42,381 bases of DNA from Bacillales bacterium UBA5732. Lineage in GTDB: Bacteria > Bacillota_I > Bacilli_A > Izemoplasmatales > Hujiaoplasmataceae. Shown in pieces: positions 35,074 to 42,381 of this stretch; the first letter of the stretch is position 1, and each line of letters starts with the position of its first letter. Below the pieces are notes generated by a model. That model worked only from the letters and a program-made list of their open reading frames with translations. It ran no database searches and was not told the origin of the DNA. The stretch lies in NCBI GenBank assembly GCA_002419445.1, contig DIGC01000073.1:1-42381 (forward strand). The letters run 5' to 3'. The position numbers and the translations under genes are program-made.

Positions 35074-37398
35074 ATGTACGCAGAGATAAAAAAATTAGAA
35101 TTTGATAAGATTTTAAAAATATTGCAAACTTTTACTCATACAGACTTAGGAAAAGTGCAGGTTTTAGAAATTAGACCTATAGCTAATGCCGAAGAGATTA
35201 AAAGGTTGCTTTTTGAAGTTGATGAAGCTAAAACCATTATTCAAAGATATGATCAAACTCCTTTAACAGGCGTTTTAGATATCAGAGAAATTATTAAAAA
35301 AGCTGAAATTGGTTCGGTTTTATCTATTGACGAATTAATACGAATTGTTTCACATCAAGAAGCGGTTACCAGGACATTTGTTTTTGTAAAAAAAGTCATA
35401 AGTCTTGATTTGACTTTTGATTATTTAAAAGAATACTATAGTCGAATTGTTACCTTAGCTCCGCTTAAGACGGAAATTGATCGAGTTATTGATAAAAAGG
35501 GTGATATTTACGACAATGCCAGTTCTAAACTGTTGGATATTAGAAAGAAGATTAACGTAACTGAAGAACGTATTGATTCAAAGATGCAAAGTTTGTTAAA
35601 AAGCGAACAAAGCAAGTTAACTGATGGAATTATAACGATTAGAAACAATCGTTTGGTTTTACCTGTCAAGAGTGAATTCAAGAATTCTTTTAAAGGAATT
35701 GTTCATGATCAATCTGCCAGCGGAGAATCGGTTTTCATTGAACCGATGAGTTGTGTAGAAATGAACAATGATTTATCGAGATATTTTGTTGAAGAAGCTG
35801 CGGAAATAGACAATCTTTTAAGAATGTTAACCTACAAAGTAGCTGAATATACAATTGAACTTGCCGGTAACTTAGAATTATTCACATACTTAGACATTGT
35901 TTTTGCGAAAGCTAAATACGCATTAATTAATGATTTTACAAAGCCGACAATTACTAAAGATAAAATTAATTTGCTAAATGCCAAGCATCCGCTTATTGCC
36001 CGGGATGTTGTAGTTGGAAATAACATTAGTTTTCATAACTACCATCACATTATCATTACCGGACCTAATACCGGCGGGAAAACCGTTGCCTTAAAAACTT
36101 TAGGGCTTTTAAGCATAATGGCTCAAGCTGGTATGTTAATTCCTGTCAATGAAAACAGTGAAATCATTTGTTTTAATAACATTTTTGCAGATATCGGTGA
36201 TGAACAATCGATTGAGCAATCCTTATCAACATTTTCTTCACATATATCCAATATCATTCGCATCATTGATCACGCTGGAGATAATTCTTTGGTTTTGCTT
36301 GATGAAATTGGTTCTGGTACTGATCCTAAAGAAGGTGCTTCTCTAGCTATTTCTATCATTGAATTTTTAAGAAGAAAAAAACTATATTCAATGATTACAA
36401 CCCATTATCCTGAACTTAAAACTTATGCCTATGATCTAGACAACACGATAAACGCCTCAGTTGAGTTTAATATCGAGACTTTAAAACCGACATATCGGTT
36501 AAAAATTGGCGTTCCAGGAACATCTAACGCAATTAAAATAGCGCGCAGACTTGGCCTTAACGAAGAGATTTGTCAAAAAGCTGAATCGATATCGCTGTCG
36601 TTTGATACTGACGTCTCTAAATTGATTGAAAAGTTGGAAAAACAGAGTTTAGAATTGGATGTTGATATCTCTGAATATCAAAGAAAATTACATGAATCAG
36701 AAGAAGAAAAGCAAAAGTATATTACTCTTCAAAGACAGGAAAAAATTAGACAAAATCAAGTTATTAGAGACTTTGAAGCCTCACAAAAAGCAAGACAAGA
36801 AGAATATTTAAAGAAAGCTGAAGATTTAATTGTTGAACTTGACGAATTGAAAAATTCTGCAGCTTTTAAAGAGCATGAATTGGCTATATTAAAGAAAAGT
36901 GTTAAAGATACATTCTATCAAAAAGTAAAATACAAAAAAGAAACTGATAAAAGTGTCAACGTTGGTGATACGGTAAAAGTTTTGTCGTATCAAAGAAATG
37001 GCATTATTAACAAAGAACTGAAAAATAATCAGTACGAAGTAGTAATGGGCGCTTTAACTTTAACTGTAAAAAAAGAAGAAATTGAGTTTGTATCTAAGGA
37101 TAAAAACGAAGATTTTGACTATAAAGGAAATCCTTCTTTTGAACCTGTTCGGTCAATTAAAGTCGAACTTGATCTACATGGAAAAAGGTATGAAGAAGCC
37201 ATGCTTGAACTAGATAAATTTGTTGACGATTGTTTATTGAATAATTTAGAATTCGCATACATAGTTCACGGTATAGGGACTGGCGTTTTAAAAAAAGGCG
37301 TTGAAAGTTATGCGAAGAAAAATCCCCACGTTAAAAGTTATCGACGTGGTAATGAAGGTGAAGGCGGAGTTGGAGTTACAGTCTTCCAATTTAAGTGA
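35074..37398 (+). CDS. mutS2: Endonuclease MutS2 (Smr domain)
   Basis: MutS ATPase GPNTGGKT and DEIGSGTDP. Long coiled-coil region and a C-terminal Smr domain (LDLHGKRYEEA...HGIGTGVLK). Confidence 0.93.
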   Translation: MYAEIKKLEFDKILKILQTFTHTDLGKVQVLEIRPIANAEEIKRLLFEVDEAKTIIQRYDQTPLTGVLDIREIIKKAEIGSVLSIDELIRIVSHQEAVTRTFVFVKKVISLDLTFDYLKEYYSRIVTLAPLKTEIDRVIDKKGDIYDNASSKLLDIRKKINVTEERIDSKMQSLLKSEQSKLTDGIITIRNNRLVLPVKSEFKNSFKGIVHDQSASGESVFIEPMSCVEMNNDLSRYFVEEAAEIDNLLRMLTYKVAEYTIELAGNLELFTYLDIVFAKAKYALINDFTKPTITKDKINLLNAKHPLIARDVVVGNNISFHNYHHIIITGPNTGGKTVALKTLGLLSIMAQAGMLIPVNENSEIICFNNIFADIGDEQSIEQSLSTFSSHISNIIRIIDHAGDNSLVLLDEIGSGTDPKEGASLAISIIEFLRRKKLYSMITTHYPELKTYAYDLDNTINASVEFNIETLKPTYRLKIGVPGTSNAIKIARRLGLNEEICQKAESISLSFDTDVSKLIEKLEKQSLELDVDISEYQRKLHESEEEKQKYITLQRQEKIRQNQVIRDFEASQKARQEEYLKKAEDLIVELDELKNSAAFKEHELAILKKSVKDTFYQKVKYKKETDKSVNVGDTVKVLSYQRNGIINKELKNNQYEVVMGALTLTVKKEEIEFVSKDKNEDFDYKGNPSFEPVRSIKVELDLHGKRYEEAMLELDKFVDDCLLNNLEFAYIVHGIGTGVLKKGVESYAKKNPHVKSYRRGNEGEGGVGVTVFQFK

Positions 37399-37406
37399 GG
37401 TCGATT

Positions 37407-37670
37407 ATGAAAAAAATTGAATTTTTTACCGCTAGATACTGCGGAAAATGTCGAGCTTTAAAACGTCGTTTCATTGATTTGAAAGATCAATTGACCGATA
37501 TTGATTTAGTCTTCAGGGACATTGATATCGAAAGATCTAGAGCAAGAGCTGATAAAGTCGATGGTGTACCTACTTTAATCTATTACATCGATGAAGTGGA
37601 GGTAAATAGACTGTCAGGTTCTATTTATGAGGAAGATATCATAAACTTGATAACTGAGGAGAGAAAATAA
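37407..37670 (+). CDS. Small thioredoxin-fold protein with a CGKC redox motif
   Basis: 87 aa. FFTARYCGKCRALK (CxxC) near the N-terminus and a cis-Pro motif in DGVPTLIYY. It occupies the position trxA holds after mutS2 in some Firmicutes. ATG at 37407 follows GTGAGG. Confidence 0.7.
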   Translation: MKKIEFFTARYCGKCRALKRRFIDLKDQLTDIDLVFRDIDIERSRARADKVDGVPTLIYYIDEVEVNRLSGSIYEEDIINLITEERK

Positions 37671-38542
37671 TGGACGGAATTTTAGTTATCGATAAGCCAA
37701 AAGATATGACTTCACATGATGTTGTAAATATTGCTCGAAGGGCTTTAGGTACACAAAGAATCGGCCATACTGGTACGCTTGATCCTAACGCTACTGGCGT
37801 GTTGGTTTTGGCTATCGGAAAAGCTACTAAATTAGTAAAGTATTTTACCAATGATAAAAAAACCTACGAATGTACCTTTATTATTGGGCAAGAATATGAT
37901 ACGGATGATGTAACTGGCACGTTAACCAACGAATTAGATGCAACAAATATAAAACAAGAAAGAATTATTGAAGTATTAAATTCTTTTCTTGGCAAGCAAA
38001 GACAAACGCCTCCAGCGTTTTCAGCTATTAAAGTACAGGGTAGAAAATTGTATGAATTAGCAAGACGAGATCTTGATACTCCTGATGTTGAACCTAGAGA
38101 TATTGAAGTTTATAGCATCAGTAATATTTCGGTAAAACACTTAGAAAAAACAATTGAAGTTAAAGCAACTTTTGATGTCTCAAAAGGTACTTATATCCGT
38201 TCAATCGCCAAAGATTTAGGTAAAAAACTTGGGAATTTTGGTACTTTGGCAGAATTACGACGGACAAAGGTTAATAAATTCTTATTAAGTGATGCCGTGA
38301 CAATTGATCAACTTAAAAATTCAGACGTTATTCTTAAAGACCCATTTGATTACTTGGATTTACCAAGAATAACTGTTGATGATTCTATTCAAAACGATAT
38401 TAATTATGGTAGATTTATTGAGCTTGATTTTTTTTCGATTAAGACAGACACTATCATATTTAACGCTGCTGGTGAACCTTTAGCGATTTATTACTATGAT
38501 GAAGACAAAAATATTATGAGAATGTCGGTGAAATGGTGTTAA
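37670..38542 (+). CDS. truB: tRNA pseudouridine55 synthase
   Basis: GILVIDKP and the catalytic HTGTLDPNATGVL. Confidence 0.93.
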   Translation: MDGILVIDKPKDMTSHDVVNIARRALGTQRIGHTGTLDPNATGVLVLAIGKATKLVKYFTNDKKTYECTFIIGQEYDTDDVTGTLTNELDATNIKQERIIEVLNSFLGKQRQTPPAFSAIKVQGRKLYELARRDLDTPDVEPRDIEVYSISNISVKHLEKTIEVKATFDVSKGTYIRSIAKDLGKKLGNFGTLAELRRTKVNKFLLSDAVTIDQLKNSDVILKDPFDYLDLPRITVDDSIQNDINYGRFIELDFFSIKTDTIIFNAAGEPLAIYYYDEDKNIMRMSVKWC

Positions 38543-39447
38543 GAATTGAGTATTTAGACTTTTTTGATACAATTAATGAAGAAAATCTAGTCCTCTGTTT
38601 AGGATTTTTTGATGGTTTGCATAAAGCTCATCAAGCACTTATAAAAAGGGGACAAATCATCAAAAAAGAACGCAACTTTAAATTAGGTGTTCTTACTTTT
38701 GATCAAAGCATCAAGTTGTTCATGCAAAAAAAACCTTTCTATTTTTTAACTTCAGTTGAAGATAAAGCTGAAATACTAAAAAATTTAGATGTCGATATTC
38801 TCTATGTTATGAAAGTGTCTTACGATTTAATTAATTATAGTCCTACGGGATTTATCGAACAATTTTTAAAGAATATCAAAGTATGTGTTGCTGGGGAGGA
38901 TTTTTCTTTTGGCTATCTGGGAAAAGGAAAAGTTGACACTTTATTAGCCTCCCCGTATTTTGAAACTGTCGTGATTAAAGAAATCACTTACCACGGAATT
39001 AAGATTGGGTCAACGAGAATTAGAGACGATTTGGATAAAGGTGATTTGAGTGAAGCTAATTTTCTTTTAGGTAGAGAATATACTATCACCGGGAAAGTCA
39101 TCAAAGGTCATGGAATTGGAAAAAGACTTGGATTTGCGACTGCTAATATAGATTTTACAAACTATCTTTTACCTAAACTTGGGGTTTATTTTACTAAAGT
39201 CATCATCGGCGATAAAGAGTATTTCGGGATGACAAACGTCGGTAAAAGACCGACTTTCGCAGATACTAAAATCACTTTAGAGACTTATATATTTGATTTT
39301 GACCAAGATATATATGGATTAATTATCGGCATTAAATTCATCGAGTTTTTGCGAGACGAATATTATTATTCCAACAAGGAAGACCTGATTGAACAGATAA
39401 AAAAGGATCGTATTCAAGTATTAGAAATGATTGAAAAGAGGGGATAA
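38533..39447 (+). CDS. ribF: Bifunctional riboflavin kinase / FMN adenylyltransferase
   Basis: GFFDGLHKAH nucleotidyltransferase motif and C-terminal GHGIGKRLGFATANI kinase motif. truB-ribF synteny. Confidence 0.9.
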   Translation: MVLRIEYLDFFDTINEENLVLCLGFFDGLHKAHQALIKRGQIIKKERNFKLGVLTFDQSIKLFMQKKPFYFLTSVEDKAEILKNLDVDILYVMKVSYDLINYSPTGFIEQFLKNIKVCVAGEDFSFGYLGKGKVDTLLASPYFETVVIKEITYHGIKIGSTRIRDDLDKGDLSEANFLLGREYTITGKVIKGHGIGKRLGFATANIDFTNYLLPKLGVYFTKVIIGDKEYFGMTNVGKRPTFADTKITLETYIFDFDQDIYGLIIGIKFIEFLRDEYYYSNKEDLIEQIKKDRIQVLEMIEKRG

Positions 39448-39449
39448 GT

Positions 39450-40358
39450 TTGAAAAAGATTAGTAAAGGTTTTTGGATAACCTTAGGTATTGCGGCTGTT
39501 TTCTTTATGATTTTGATAATTCTTAGCTCGGTTTTGGAATTAGGCGAAAGATTAAGCCGAATTAGTATTTACTTGGAATATACTTTCTATGGCATTTCCA
39601 TCATTTTATTCGTAATTTTGTTTTTACGTCCTTTAGCGCTAATTATCTTCGCGCCAAGTTTTTCTTTGGACGATTTATTCAGCGAAGAAGAAAATGCTCG
39701 CAAGAACTTTTCCATGTATAAGAAAGTGGCTAGAAATCTTTTAAATGAAGAATACATCAAAGATGAAGATAAAAAAGCAATCAATGACTCAATGCACGAC
39801 GCATTAGTTTTAAAACAAAGTCTTTCAAGAATCTTTGATGAAACTATCAAGAAAGAACTTAACCAAATGATTATTACTCACGCAGAAACGGTTTTTATTT
39901 CAACTGCAATTTCTCAAAACGGTAAATTGGATGCAATCGCAGTTATTTCGATAAACTTAAAGTTAATAAAAAACCTAGTACTAAAATGCGGGTTTAGACC
40001 AAGTTACTATTCGCTTGGTAAATTATCTGTTAATGTGCTCTCGACCGCAATTATTGCGGAAACTTTAGAAGATATGAATTTTTCTGAAATTTTTCCAAAT
40101 ACGGGAACTAATGTTTTAGCGGAAATCCCCGTATTGAAAACAATCACCGGATCATTTGCCCAAGGAATAGGGAATGCTCTCTTGTCTTTACGAGTCGGGA
40201 TTATTGCCAGAAACTATTTATTTATGAATATAAAAGGTATGAAAAAGAATCAAATTCGCAAACTTGCTTTTGGCGAAGCGGTTGTCTTATTACCTAGAGT
40301 TATGGTTGAATCAATGAAGAAGATTCCTTCAAGATTTAAAAGTATTTTTAGCAAGTGA
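39450..40358 (+). CDS. Membrane protein, DUF697/YcjF-like
   Basis: TTG start after AGGGGA. Two N-terminal TM segments. The C-terminal half (ISQNGKLDAIAVISINLKLIKNLVLKCGF...FAQGIGNALLSLRVGIIARNYL) resembles the YcjF/UPF0283 pattern, from memory. Confidence 0.5.
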   Translation: MKKISKGFWITLGIAAVFFMILIILSSVLELGERLSRISIYLEYTFYGISIILFVILFLRPLALIIFAPSFSLDDLFSEEENARKNFSMYKKVARNLLNEEYIKDEDKKAINDSMHDALVLKQSLSRIFDETIKKELNQMIITHAETVFISTAISQNGKLDAIAVISINLKLIKNLVLKCGFRPSYYSLGKLSVNVLSTAIIAETLEDMNFSEIFPNTGTNVLAEIPVLKTITGSFAQGIGNALLSLRVGIIARNYLFMNIKGMKKNQIRKLAFGEAVVLLPRVMVESMKKIPSRFKSIFSK

Positions 40359-40376
40359 TTTTAAAAGCTAAAAAGT

Positions 40377-40405
40377 TTGATTTATTGGCACAGATTTGTT
40401 ATAAT
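40377..40405 (+). promoter_or_regulatory. Sigma-A promoter of tig (TTGATT-17-TATAAT with extended TG)
   Basis: TTGATT at 40377-40382, a 17-nt spacer ending in TGT, and TATAAT at 40400-40405. Confidence 0.7.
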
Positions 40406-40437
40406 TGTAAAAGTGAAAAGATTTGGAGGAATTATAG

Positions 40438-41733
40438 ATGATAATTGATAAATTAAGCGGTTCACGTGTGCATTTTGAAGTGCATGTAACTAAAGAGCAA
40501 TTCGAACATGGTTTAGATCATGCTTTTGCGATTGAAAATGAAAAAGTAACAATTAAAGGCTTTAGAAAAGGTAAAGCTCCAAGAAATGTATTCGAAACAA
40601 AATACGGTGTTGAATCATTATTTGAAGAAGCAATTCAACATGTTTTGCAAGAAACATATTATGATGCTGTTATGGAAAATGAGATTGATGTTGTGGCCCA
40701 ACCACAAATCGATTTAGATGTCACAAAAGTTAAAAGAGGAGAAGATTTCTCTTATAAAGTTACTGTAGCTGTTAGACCTGAAATTAAGTTAGGTGAATAT
40801 AAAAACTTAAAAGTAGATTTATTGCCAGTTGAACCAAGTGATGCTGAAATTAATGCTGAAATCAGCCGCAAACTTGAAGAAAATGCGGAAATGATTGTTA
40901 AAGAAGATGGCGTTATTGAGTTAAACGATACAGCGGTTTTTGATTTTTCTGGATCTGTTGATGGAGAAAAATTTGAAGGTGGCACAGCCGAAAATCATGA
41001 ATTGGTTATTGGTTCTGGAAGTTTCATTCCTGGATTTGAAGAACAAATGGTTGGTATGGCTTCAGAAGAAGAAAAAAATGTGGTCGTTACTTTCCCAGAA
41101 GATTATCAAGAAAAATCTTTAGCAGGGAAAGAAGCTGTCTTTGCAGTTAAAATTCACGAAATCAAAACAAGACTTGTTCCAACTTTAGATGAAGAATTTG
41201 TTAAAGAATTAAATCTTGACGGAGTTTCTACTGTTGATGAATACAAAAAACATATTTCTGAGGAGTTACGAGTTAGCAAAGAAAAACAAAACGAACAATT
41301 CCTACGTCAATCTGTAGTTAAAAAAGCTGCAGCAAATGCTGAATTTGAACTACCAATCGAAATGGTAAAAGATGAAGCTCATAACATGAATGAAAATACT
41401 AAGAATCAAATCAAACAATATGGTTTAGATTTTAAGATGTATTTACAATATATGGGTAAAACTGAAGAAGAATACCAAACTGAATTAGAAGAACAAGCTA
41501 GAAAAACTTTATCTGAACAATTTGTGATTAATGAAATTGCAAAAGTTGAGGGGTTAACAGCTTCTAAAGAAGAGATTGAAGTAAAATATGCTGAAATTGT
41601 CGAACAATACAAATCTCAAAACGTCACCCTAGAGCAAGCTAAACAAGCAATACCTGAATCAGCGATTATCGCAGAAATAGCTTATGCTAAAGCTCTTGAT
41701 TTAATTGTTTCCACAGCTAATCAAGACAAATAA
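40438..41733 (+). CDS. tig: Trigger factor
   Basis: N-terminal GFRKGKAPRNVFE ribosome-binding motif and central FKBP PPIase (FDFSGSVDGEKFEGG). Confidence 0.95.
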   Translation: MIIDKLSGSRVHFEVHVTKEQFEHGLDHAFAIENEKVTIKGFRKGKAPRNVFETKYGVESLFEEAIQHVLQETYYDAVMENEIDVVAQPQIDLDVTKVKRGEDFSYKVTVAVRPEIKLGEYKNLKVDLLPVEPSDAEINAEISRKLEENAEMIVKEDGVIELNDTAVFDFSGSVDGEKFEGGTAENHELVIGSGSFIPGFEEQMVGMASEEEKNVVVTFPEDYQEKSLAGKEAVFAVKIHEIKTRLVPTLDEEFVKELNLDGVSTVDEYKKHISEELRVSKEKQNEQFLRQSVVKKAAANAEFELPIEMVKDEAHNMNENTKNQIKQYGLDFKMYLQYMGKTEEEYQTELEEQARKTLSEQFVINEIAKVEGLTASKEEIEVKYAEIVEQYKSQNVTLEQAKQAIPESAIIAEIAYAKALDLIVSTANQDK

Positions 41734-41764
41734 ATAAGCAAAAAAACAATAATTTAATCATAAA

Positions 41765-41816
41765 AACCCCTAAGATTTTATCAAAAATAGCATTGTAAAA
41801 TATTAGGTGTTTTTTA
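41765..41816 (+). terminator. Long-stem rho-independent terminator after tig
   Basis: AACCCCTAAGATTTTA / TAAAATATTAGGTGTT, a 16-bp stem with two mismatches and a 15-nt loop, followed by TTTTTT. Confidence 0.65.
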
Positions 41817-41823
41817 TTATTTA

Positions 41824-41832
41824 TGGTAAAAT
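41824..41832 (+). promoter_or_regulatory. Extended -10 element (TGGTAAAAT) for lon
   Basis: TGnTAAAAT at 41824-41832, about 35 nt upstream of the lon ATG. Confidence 0.45.
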
Positions 41833-41866
41833 AATATTGATAAATAAAAATGTAAGAGGTGGGTAT

Positions 41867-42381
41867 ATGTATAATCCAAAAAAAATATTTTCCGATCACT
41901 TGCCAGTTATCGCCGTTAGAGGAATTGTTTTCCTACCTGCATCCGATATTAGAGTGGAAATAGGTCGTGATTTCTCGAAGAATGCAATTACTGAAGCAGA
42001 AGCTAACCGCGATGGTCATGTAGTGTTGGCTTTTCAAGAAAATCCAAACATTGAAGATCCAGAATTCTCTGATTTCGTTGAAGTTGGTATTCTTGCAAGA
42101 ATAAGTGTAAAGATTAAATTACCTAATGGTAATTATAAAATAAAATTTGAACCAGTAACAAGAGTTAAACTCAATGACCTAGTTGCTAGAGAACCATTTT
42201 ATCTAGCTGATTTTACTTCTTTAATATTAACTCAAGATGATCTGAATGAAGAACAAGTCTTGCTTAAAATGGTCACAAAAGAAGTGATTGAAAATGCTAA
42301 ATTTATTTTTAGAGATTCAAAAAAAGTCTTAGATACTTTAGATAAAGGAATTACATCCGAGCAATTGTCTGATTTGATTGC
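41867..42381 (+). CDS. lon: ATP-dependent protease Lon, N-terminal part (runs off the window)
   Basis: Not in the ORF track because it is open-ended. GAGGTGGG RBS, then the ATG. My translation, MYNPKKIFSDHLPVIAVRGIVFLPASDIRVEIGRD..., matches the Lon N-terminal substrate-binding domain (LPV..RG.V.FP). It lies downstream of tig. Confidence 0.8.
   Translation, partial: MYNPKKIFSDHLPVIAVRGIVFLPASDIRVEIGRDFSKNAITEAEANRDGHVVLAFQENPNIEDPEFSDFVEVGILARISVKIKLPNGNYKIKFEPVTRVKLNDLVAREPFYLADFTSLILTQDDLNEEQVLLKMVTKEVIENAKFIFRDSKKVLDTLDKGITSEQLSDLI

Noticed and set aside
36149-36346. Same-strand, out-of-frame ORF (65 aa) inside mutS2, and the similar 40940..41122 ORF inside tig
   Set aside because: Both are embedded in highly conserved domains (the MutS ATPase and the trigger factor PPIase). 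Neither has an RBS, and the hydrophobic or low-complexity translations are frame artefacts.
41765-41816. Long inverted repeat upstream of lon, considered as a CIRCE (HrcA) or CtsR heat-shock operator
   Set aside because: The sequence matches neither TTAGCACTC-N9-GAGTGCTAA nor the GGTCAAA direct repeat. It is followed by a T-run directly after tig, so it fits a terminator better.
8336-41899. About 24 antisense ORFs of 60-114 aa in the track (for example 8336..8527, 8719..8940, 9935..10117, 10955..11197, 14215..14442, 14966..15175, 19882..20094, 20282..20509, 21813..22025, 23319..23540, 24493..24729, 25426..25644, 26481..26684, 27332..27562, 28314..28505, 31287..31559, 33131..33319, 35832..36026, 37639..37851, 39587..39850, 40752..40985, 41406..41612, 41717..41899)
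   Set aside because: Each lies opposite a well-supported conserved gene. They lack an RBS and have low-complexity S/L/F/I-rich composition, which is typical of the reverse frame of AT-rich coding DNA. None has a recognisable motif.
1-42381. Search for CRISPR arrays, IS elements or transposases, integrases, phage genes, toxin-antitoxin pairs, restriction-modification or other defence genes, and rRNA, tRNA, tmRNA, RNase P or riboswitch elements
   Set aside because: None was found. Every intergenic gap is 370 nt or shorter and is explained by promoters, terminators or the small ferredoxin gene. I noticed no direct-repeat arrays or terminal inverted repeats on reading the sequence. A covariance-model scan would be needed to exclude small ncRNAs formally.

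Overview
Gene-dense, low-GC chromosomal core region: about 44 CDS, 41 of them on the + strand. I found no rRNA, tRNA, CRISPR array, transposase, integrase or phage gene. TGA is used as a stop codon (for example rpoD, trmK, mutS2, lspA) and never interrupts a conserved gene, so the standard bacterial code applies. Gene content and order look like a compacted Firmicutes/Mollicutes-type genome, possibly Acholeplasma-like; that assignment is an inference only. Several Bacillus-type syntenic blocks are joined head to tail: phoH-ybeY-cdd-era-recO-glyQS-dnaG-rpoD-trmK-nif3; degV-MarR; ferredoxin; yneF; plsY; parE-parC; recJ-apt-relA-dtd-(acp)-hisS; perM; tcdA-msrA-comEB-ylbL; lspA-rluD; rnhC; mutS2-trx; truB-ribF; tig-lon. 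Many genes are translationally coupled through ATGA or TAATG overlaps. I see no convincing novel multi-gene system such as a defence island, toxin-antitoxin pair or mobile element. The more interesting points are listed here.
- A FabT-type palindrome lies on the promoter of a degV-MarR operon, and a weaker copy lies on the promoter of a stand-alone acyl carrier protein gene.
- ParC has a long poly-acidic C-terminal tail that ends in a clamp-binding-like QQTLF.
- HisRS has a Cys-rich C-terminal extension.
- A three-gene non-syntenic insert (GLUG-repeat lipoprotein, degenerate Fic-like protein with a wHTH, orphan nadC) sits between parC and recJ.
- A 56-aa 2x[4Fe-4S] ferredoxin gene falls below the ORF-track size cutoff.
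Several ORF-track starts are N-terminal over-extensions, and I corrected them from RBS position and conserved N-termini.
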